NCBI GenBank assembly: GCA_903843285.1
Contig: CAIMPC010000068.1
Span: 1,200-65,199 of the forward strand
Length of the DNA: 64,000 bases
DNA from: Candidatus Omnitrophota bacterium
GTDB lineage: Bacteria > Omnitrophota > Gorgyraeia > 2-01-FULL-45-10
Direction of reading: 5' to 3'
The notes below the pieces were generated by a model. It was given only the letters and a program-made list of their open reading frames with translations, ran no database searches and had not been told where the DNA came from. The translations under genes were made by a program, and so were the position numbers. Positions 58,052-64,000 of the stretch are shown here, in pieces (positions within the stretch are counted from its first letter, which is position 1; each line of letters begins with the position of its first letter).

Positions 58052-58651
58052 ATGTATACAGAACTGAAACCGAGCCGCGTAGAGACGCTGTGCGATGGCA
58101 TATTTGCCATAGCTATGACGCTTCTGGTCGTGAGTTTCAACGACCTGGCAAGGTGGCCCGCCATAATGAATGAGGCGCAGGTCCGTAAGGAGATATTGGA
58201 TCTATTACCGGACTTCGCTTATTATGTCCAGAGCTTCATTATTTTAGGCGCGTTCTGGGTAGAGCATCATCACCAATTTCAATACATAAAGCACGTAGAC
58301 CTGACGCTTCTTTTTATAAATATCTTTGCATTCATGTTCGTCGCGTTGATACCGTTCTCCACTATGGTAGTGGGAGATTATGGGCACACGCGAATAGCGG
58401 CCATGCTATTTGAGATTAATCTTCTGATATCCGGCGCGTTGTTTTGTGTTCATTGGATATATGCGGCAAAGAAGCCCGGGATAGCGAATGAGAGACTTGA
58501 CAGCAAGACCGTAAATTTCTATATCCGAAAGAATCTGGTTGTTCCGATCATCTCGGCGATAGCAATAGGTATCTCAATAATCAATCCGCAAGTGGGCTCC
58601 TCGATGTATTTCGTGGTCCCAATAATTATATTCCTTCAAAGAGATAAATAA
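58052..58651 (+). CDS. TMEM175-family (DUF1211) potassium channel protein
   Basis: RVETLCDGIFAIAMTLLV, SF...W..HH, IPFST. Confidence 0.88.
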   Translation: MYTELKPSRVETLCDGIFAIAMTLLVVSFNDLARWPAIMNEAQVRKEILDLLPDFAYYVQSFIILGAFWVEHHHQFQYIKHVDLTLLFINIFAFMFVALIPFSTMVVGDYGHTRIAAMLFEINLLISGALFCVHWIYAAKKPGIANERLDSKTVNFYIRKNLVVPIISAIAIGISIINPQVGSSMYFVVPIIIFLQRDK

Positions 58652-58754
58652 TATCAGCGAAGGCCCTTTCGACTTAAAGAGTCAGATCCCGGTCTTTGAC
58701 CTTGTCTAATGCAATGCACCATGTTATTATAAGAAAAAAGGAGCGTTTTTATAT

Positions 58755-59075
58755 ATGGCAACATATGAGGATTTTAAGAAATTAGAGTTCAGGATCGCAA
58801 AAATTAAAGATGTGCAGGATCATCCTAACGCCGATAGGCTTTATGTCATTACCGTAGATCTCGGCGATAGGACGAAGCAGGTCGTGGCCGGCATTAAGGG
58901 ATCAAATACGAAAGAGGAGCTCTTAGGCAAACAGGTAGTGATAGTGGATAATCTGGATCCGGCGGTCTTAAGAGGCGTTGAGAGCCAGGGGATGATATTA
59001 GCGGCTTCGGACGAGACCGGTGTTTTTGTAGTATCGCCTGCTCGCGAGATGAAATTGGGAAGCGTAGTGAAGTAA
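58755..59075 (+). CDS. Stand-alone tRNA-binding OB-fold protein (MetRS C-terminal/Trbp111/CsaA type)
   Basis: EDFKKLEFR, HPNADRL, VAGI, NL.P..LRGVESQGMILAA. Confidence 0.9.
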   Translation: MATYEDFKKLEFRIAKIKDVQDHPNADRLYVITVDLGDRTKQVVAGIKGSNTKEELLGKQVVIVDNLDPAVLRGVESQGMILAASDETGVFVVSPAREMKLGSVVK

Positions 59076-59107
59076 GGCGATAGTTTATAGCATAGGAGCT
59101 TTGTCGC

Positions 59108-59184
59108 GTGCCTGTAGCTCAGTTGGATAGAGTACCTGGCTACGAACCAGGTGGTCGCAGGTTCGAATCCTGCCAGGCACGCCA
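59108..59184 (+). tRNA. tRNA-Arg(ACG)
   Basis: Acceptor stem GTGCCTG/CAGGCAC, anticodon arm CCTGG-CTACGAA-CCAGG, GGTTCGAATCC, CCA. Confidence 0.96.
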
Positions 59185-59221
59185 GTTTGAGTCGGTCTGT
59201 GTATGGATTCGAAGTGTCTGC

Positions 59222-59306
59222 GTCATTCTGAGGAGGGTTTTAGCCCGACGAAGAATCTAAAAGCAAGATCCTTCGCTTCGCCCTACAGGGCTTCACTCAG
59301 GATGAC
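59222..59306. repeat. GTCATT-family palindromic element
   Basis: gtcattctgag ... gaagaatct ... agatccttcg ... ctcaggatgac. Confidence 0.82.
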
Positions 59307-59410
59307 AAGTTCTGGGCAAACTTACTCTGGAACTGAGTTATTACAATTGCGCTGACGAATAGGCAGGATAAGATGAAAATATCAAGTTACAGAAGGGCGC
59401 AATTTACATA

Positions 59411-59749
59411 GTGACTATAATATACAAAATAATCACGACAGGCGAACTAAAAGGTATGGCGTCCGGGACTTTTGGGAATATGGTAAAAGCGGTAGTCGAT
59501 ATCGATAGGGAGATTGTCGCGGTGGACGCCGAACTTCATTCCGACCTGGAAGCATTGCTTTTGGAGAATGGCTCGATGCAGAAAAATTTATGGGGGATCA
59601 ATCTTTATCCCGATATGGTCGGCGAGGACTTTATCGAGTTTGACTCATTAATTAACATCCGGCCGTCCCAGGGCAATAGAGGCCGCGGCGTGGAAGATGA
59701 AGATGTTCGGAACGAGATCTTACATGTGGTTGCCAAAAGGATAAAGTAA
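59411..59749 (+). CDS. DUF5674-like hypothetical protein
   Basis: MVKAVVD, ELHSDLE..LL..GS.Q.NLWGINLYP, FDSLINIRP.QGN. Confidence 0.7.
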   Translation: MTIIYKIITTGELKGMASGTFGNMVKAVVDIDREIVAVDAELHSDLEALLLENGSMQKNLWGINLYPDMVGEDFIEFDSLINIRPSQGNRGRGVEDEDVRNEILHVVAKRIK

Positions 59750-60082
59750 ATGGGGTATCAGCATAAAGATTTAGCATCAGGTCGTTGGAGTAAATTGTCA
59801 TTTCTGGAGCAGATGGCAAATATAGGAAGCGAAGTCGAGCGTGCATTAAACTGGCAGATAAAGAATAATACCTTATATAGCAGGAAGGCTTTTGAGCGCG
59901 CCCTCGAGCTTCTGGATCTGACGCTGGACAATACGACGGTCCCTGCCCATTTCAAGGAACTCACCCGTGCACGCGAGGCCATAGCGGATTATTTTGTCGG
60001 CACAAATGAATTCAAGTCTACCGGGATATCCTGGAGAAAATATTTTTTACCTTTTGCTCATGCTGTCCGTTCCCATCATTAA
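59750..60082 (+). CDS. Conserved helical hypothetical protein
   Basis: HKDLASGRW..LS..EQMANIGSEVERA; abuts the upstream gene. Confidence 0.65.
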   Translation: MGYQHKDLASGRWSKLSFLEQMANIGSEVERALNWQIKNNTLYSRKAFERALELLDLTLDNTTVPAHFKELTRAREAIADYFVGTNEFKSTGISWRKYFLPFAHAVRSHH

Positions 60083-60126
60083 AATTGAGACCACCCTCAG
60101 GCTTGAAATCTGTGAAATAACACAAA

Positions 60127-60591
60127 GTGACTATGACAAACTTAGATAATATTTACATGGCAGAGGCGATAAAGGAGGCCGCGCAGGCATTTGATGCCGA
60201 CGAGGTTCCGGTTGGCGCCGTTATCGTGCATAACGGCAGGATGATAGCAAAGGCGCATAATCAGATAAAATTATTGAAGGACCCTACCGCCCACGCCGAA
60301 ATGATCGCTATAACGCAGGCCGCCGCGCATCTGGGTAACGAGCGTTTGCCAGACGTGACCATATATGTTACAATTGAGCCCTGCGCGATGTGCGCAGGTG
60401 CGCTGATACTCGCACGCGTGAAGAGGCTCGTATTCGGCGCCGCTGACGCCAAGACAGGCGCTTTCGGCTCGGCATTAGATTTAAACAAGAAGAAGCTTAA
60501 TCATAAGATTTCTGTGACAAAGGGTATATTGCAGGATGATTGCGCATCCCTTTTGAAGGAATTTTTCAAAAAGAAGCGGCAACTGATTTAA
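60127..60591 (+). CDS. tadA: tRNA adenosine(34) deaminase
   Basis: EVPVGAV, DPTAHAE, VTIEPCAMC, D.KTGA. Confidence 0.93.
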   Translation: MTMTNLDNIYMAEAIKEAAQAFDADEVPVGAVIVHNGRMIAKAHNQIKLLKDPTAHAEMIAITQAAAHLGNERLPDVTIYVTIEPCAMCAGALILARVKRLVFGAADAKTGAFGSALDLNKKKLNHKISVTKGILQDDCASLLKEFFKKKRQLI

Positions 60592-60593
60592 GC

Positions 60594-60685
60594 GGAGAGG
60601 TCGCCTAGTGGCCTAGGGCGGCGGTTTGCTAAACCGCTATGTGGGTAATACCGCATCGAGAGTTCAAATCTCTCCCTCTCCGCCA
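60594..60685 (+). tRNA. tRNA-Ser(GCT)
   Basis: Acceptor stem GGAGAGG/CCTCTCC, anticodon arm GCGGT-TTGCTAA-ACCGC, long variable arm, CCA. Confidence 0.95.
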
Positions 60686-60737
60686 ATATTTCCTCATGCT
60701 CGTTTCGTGTCCCGTAACATTACCGCGGAGGTCTCTT

Positions 60738-61124
60738 ATGCTGCCACTTAAGGTTACCGTCAGTAAAACAGGAAGCGGAATATTTACCATATTGCCGGCG
60801 GGGTCCATAGACTCCGACACTTACGAAATATTGGAAAAGAATGCGGATTTGGTATTTAAATCCGATCCAAAGGCTATTATATTCGATATGAAGGACGTCC
60901 AATATATATCGAGCATGGGAATAAGGGTTCTCCTCACAGTTAAAAATAAGATAGAGAGCCACGGCGGATCGTTCGTTATGATCAACCTACAACCGCAGAT
61001 ACGAAAAGTCCTCGACATAGTGAAGGCCATTCCGGGGCAGAATATATTTGAAAGCAGACAGGAGCTGGATCGATATCTCGCCATAATCCAGCAAAAAGAG
61101 ATAGATAAGAGGAAGCCTTTATAG
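60738..61124 (+). CDS. STAS-domain anti-sigma factor antagonist
   Basis: GSIDS, DMKDVQYISSMGIR; GGAGG RBS before the ATG at 60738. Confidence 0.88.
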   Translation: MLPLKVTVSKTGSGIFTILPAGSIDSDTYEILEKNADLVFKSDPKAIIFDMKDVQYISSMGIRVLLTVKNKIESHGGSFVMINLQPQIRKVLDIVKAIPGQNIFESRQELDRYLAIIQQKEIDKRKPL

Positions 61125-62075
61125 ATGAAACGCGCCTTTCGGATATTAGTAGTAACGATTATTGCCCTATCGCTCTATTCGATGGTTCCTGTCGCGCTTT
61201 TATACCTGAAGAAACAGGTACGCCAGCCCACGAATGCCGAAACAGTAGAGACCCTGAAGGGCAATAAGGGGGAATACTTCGGTTTCATGGTTTTCGGGGA
61301 TAATCACGCCGGTTTCATACTCGACGATAGCGCCGCTATTAAAATATTCAGGAATATGAACAGGGAGGACCGGTTTAAGAAACTGCCGATAGATTTCGTC
61401 GCGAGCCTGGGCGATGTGACATTCTCAAAGGGCCTCGAGAGCGATTATTGCACATACGATAAACTGCGTTCGATATTGAAGTGGCCCATGATAAGCGCGA
61501 TGGGAAATCACGATTATCAGAAGGGCGGCTGGCGCAGTTTCAAGAAGCACATCGGAAGCAACGAATTCTCGTTCGTCGACCGCAATTCATGCTTTATCGT
61601 CCTGGACAATAATATAACGGATATATCCGAAGAGCAGTTTCTATGGCTGGAGGGGGAATTAATAAAATCAGCCCCTTATAAGCACAGATTCATCTTTATG
61701 CACAAATCACCGATCTCTCTTTATCAGAAATCATGGTTCAGGCCTGAGCTGGGCCAGTGGTCATATAAGGCGATGAAGCTGTTCCAGAAGTACGGGGTCG
61801 ATATAGTATTTGCGGGGCATGAACACATGTTCAGGGAGGGCACCTTCGGTGGAGTGCGCTATGTGACGAGCGGCGGCGGAGGAATGCTCATACAGATACC
61901 GGAATCCGAGGGCGGTTATTTACATTATATGGTAGTCAGGGTGTACGGAGACTATGTAGATTATGAGGTCAGGAAGGTATTTCCGCCGTTCTGGGAGTTT
62001 GTCACATACTATATGTGGAAAGAGGCATTCTATTGTCTTAGATCGGTATTTCTTAGGGACGGATTTTTGTTTTAA
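61125..62075 (+). CDS. Membrane-anchored calcineurin-like metallophosphoesterase
   Basis: GDNH, LGD, GNHD, MH, GHEH. Confidence 0.88.
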   Translation: MKRAFRILVVTIIALSLYSMVPVALLYLKKQVRQPTNAETVETLKGNKGEYFGFMVFGDNHAGFILDDSAAIKIFRNMNREDRFKKLPIDFVASLGDVTFSKGLESDYCTYDKLRSILKWPMISAMGNHDYQKGGWRSFKKHIGSNEFSFVDRNSCFIVLDNNITDISEEQFLWLEGELIKSAPYKHRFIFMHKSPISLYQKSWFRPELGQWSYKAMKLFQKYGVDIVFAGHEHMFREGTFGGVRYVTSGGGGMLIQIPESEGGYLHYMVVRVYGDYVDYEVRKVFPPFWEFVTYYMWKEAFYCLRSVFLRDGFLF

Positions 62076-62084
62076 ATTTAAATC

Positions 62085-63179
62085 ATGAGAATACTTAGAG
62101 ATTATGTATTAAAGGAATTTTCCTATTCGTTTTTTCTGACGCTGGTGGTATTCACTTTCGTTTTTCTCGTGGGCAATATAATCACCCTCGCCAATTATAT
62201 AATCAATAAAGGCGTAGACCCCATCTCTGTATTAAAGCTCTTCGCATTTCTTGTCCCGTGGCTATTAAGTTTCACTCTACCGATAGCCGTCCTGACCGCC
62301 TCAATACTTGCATTCGGGCGCCTGTCTGCCGACGGGGAGCTTACCGCCATGAAGGCCAGCGGCATATCCCTCTACAGAATATCGATGCCGATCGTTATGG
62401 TCGGTATCCTGCTCAGTTTCTTTGCGTTCTACCTTAATGATCAGGTATCGCCGAACGCCTCATTTGCATCCAGGAGGGTGCTTAAGGAGATAGGTATACG
62501 CTCTCCTGCCGCGGCTCTCGAGGAGGGCACATTCATAAGGGGATTCGAGAACTATATAATATTTATTCATGAGATAAAACGAAATAAATTAAAGAATATA
62601 AGAATATATCAGCCACAGGAGAATAAGCCCACACGAACGATAGTGGCTGAGGCCGGCGAGATCAATTCTATTCCGGAAAAGAATCTCATAGAGCTGAAAC
62701 TTTATAACGGAACCAGCGAGGAACCATCCCCGACCGATCCCGACAGTTTCTATAAACTTAATTTTAAGACATATTTTATGTCGCTGGACCTTAGTAAGGT
62801 ATTTAAGAACGAGAAGATACAGAAGAAGACCAGGGAGATGACGATAAGTGAAATTAAAGCTGAGATAGCGAATTGCATAGACCAGAAGATCGATCCGACG
62901 CCACTGCGCGTGGAGATATATAAGAAGATAAATATTTCGATCGCCACGCTGATATTCGCGCTGATAGGCATACCCCTGGGCGTGAAGGCACAGCGAAGCG
63001 AGAAGTCTATAGGGTTCGTTCTGGGGTCCGTCCTTTTTGGCATATACTGGGCGGCGTTCTCGAGCATGCTTGTCGTAGCTTCCGGAGGAAGTATGCCTCC
63101 TTTTATCGCCGCGGCTCTGCCAAATGTAATATTCTTTGGGATCGGCGTGGTGTTGTTTGTTTGGACCGCAAGAAAGTAG
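62085..63179 (+). CDS. lptF: LPS export permease, LptF/LptG family
   Basis: IL.DYV..E, TLP, FGRLSADGELTAMKASGIS, GIPLG, PN. Confidence 0.85.
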   Translation: MRILRDYVLKEFSYSFFLTLVVFTFVFLVGNIITLANYIINKGVDPISVLKLFAFLVPWLLSFTLPIAVLTASILAFGRLSADGELTAMKASGISLYRISMPIVMVGILLSFFAFYLNDQVSPNASFASRRVLKEIGIRSPAAALEEGTFIRGFENYIIFIHEIKRNKLKNIRIYQPQENKPTRTIVAEAGEINSIPEKNLIELKLYNGTSEEPSPTDPDSFYKLNFKTYFMSLDLSKVFKNEKIQKKTREMTISEIKAEIANCIDQKIDPTPLRVEIYKKINISIATLIFALIGIPLGVKAQRSEKSIGFVLGSVLFGIYWAAFSSMLVVASGGSMPPFIAAALPNVIFFGIGVVLFVWTARK

Positions 63180-63185
63180 GGTAAT

Positions 63186-64000
63186 ATGGCAGAAATTTAT
63201 GATATAGCGATAATAGGCGGCGGCCCGGCAGGGCTGACGGCAGGTCTATACACATGCCGCGCCAGGATGAAGACGATACTGGCAGAGAAGATGGTTTGTG
63301 GAGGCCAGGTGTTGATCACCGACGTAATAGAGAACTTTCCCGGATTTCCCGGAGGCATTAAGGGTCTGGAGCTTGCCGATTGGATGCTTAAGCAGGCGGA
63401 GCGTTTCGGGCTCGAGGTATTACCGGCGGAAGCGACGGCGTTAGTCTCTAAAAAGAACGCGAACGGGGCTTTTATCGTCGAGCTATCTGACGGCTCGAAG
63501 ATAGAGACTCTATCGGTGATAGTGTCTACGGGTGCCAGATGGAATAACCTGGGTGTCCCGGGGGAGAAGGAGCTTACAGGCCGCGGAGTATCTTATTGCG
63601 CCACGTGCGATGCGCCTCTATTTAAGGGTAAGGATGTCGCGGTCGTGGGCGGCGGTGATACGGCACTTGAAGACGCGCTATTTCTTACTAAGTTTGCGAA
63701 TAAAGTGACGATAATTCACAGGCGCGATCGCTTCAGGGGAACAAAGATCCTCCAGGAGCGCGTATTTGCCAATCATAAAATAGAAGTCGTATTTAATTCT
63801 ATAGTGACGAATATAAAAGGTACTAAGAAGTGTGAGTCTGTAGAAGTCAAAGATGTTAATTCGGGCATTACGAAGTCGATCAAATCCGACGGAGTATTCA
63901 TCTTAATAGGCATGACACCGAACTCCGAGATATTTAAATCGGCAGTGAAGACCGACGATAAGGGTTACATACTCTGTGACGATGATATGAAGACATCCGC
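63186..64000 (+). CDS. trxB: Thioredoxin-disulfide reductase, 3' end truncated by the window edge
   Basis: Hand translation MAEIYDIAIIGGGPAGLTAG..., ENFPGF, GVSYCATCD, VGGGDTA, HRRD. Confidence 0.93.
   Translation, partial: MAEIYDIAIIGGGPAGLTAGLYTCRARMKTILAEKMVCGGQVLITDVIENFPGFPGGIKGLELADWMLKQAERFGLEVLPAEATALVSKKNANGAFIVELSDGSKIETLSVIVSTGARWNNLGVPGEKELTGRGVSYCATCDAPLFKGKDVAVVGGGDTALEDALFLTKFANKVTIIHRRDRFRGTKILQERVFANHKIEVVFNSIVTNIKGTKKCESVEVKDVNSGITKSIKSDGVFILIGMTPNSEIFKSAVKTDDKGYILCDDDMKTS

Noticed and set aside
60629-60820. Minus-strand ORF containing WRRGRDLN and the upstream extension of the STAS ORF
   Set aside because: Translation artefacts of tRNA-Ser.

Overview
Chromosomal window from a diderm bacterium (lpxD, lptF, OmpA; gene content is reminiscent of Ca. 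Omnitrophota, which is only an inference). Almost all genes are on the + strand. Layout: (1) 1-5.4 kb, island-like segment with an AAA/DUF4143 ATPase, an AEP primase-SF2 helicase fusion and an AT-rich COG4705 gene bracketed by a 55-bp direct repeat. (2) 6.2-10.2 kb, arsP-arsE-arsF-arsG-like organoarsenical cluster followed by an uncalled 44-aa CbpA-like peptide and its radical SAM maturase. (3) 10-22.7 kb, envelope and housekeeping genes (ispH, lpxD, tRNA-Arg). (4) 22.7-57.6 kb, a large Wza/Wzc/Wzy/Wzx surface-polysaccharide locus rich in methyltransferases. Between wza and wzc it contains a RiPP cassette: PqqD/RRE, radical SAM-SPASM, a 52-aa Cys-rich precursor ending in Ser, an HprK-like kinase, an S26 peptidase-nucleotidyltransferase fusion, and a convergent methyltransferase and ABC exporter, with no lasso cyclase. 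This is the best candidate for a poorly described system. (5) 57.6-64 kb, tRNA-Arg(ACG), tadA, tRNA-Ser, lptF, trxB. A family of GTCATT...AATGAC palindromic repeats occurs four times, and one copy is translated in frame at the peptidase/nucleotidyltransferase junction. All family assignments come from motifs read by eye; no database search was run.
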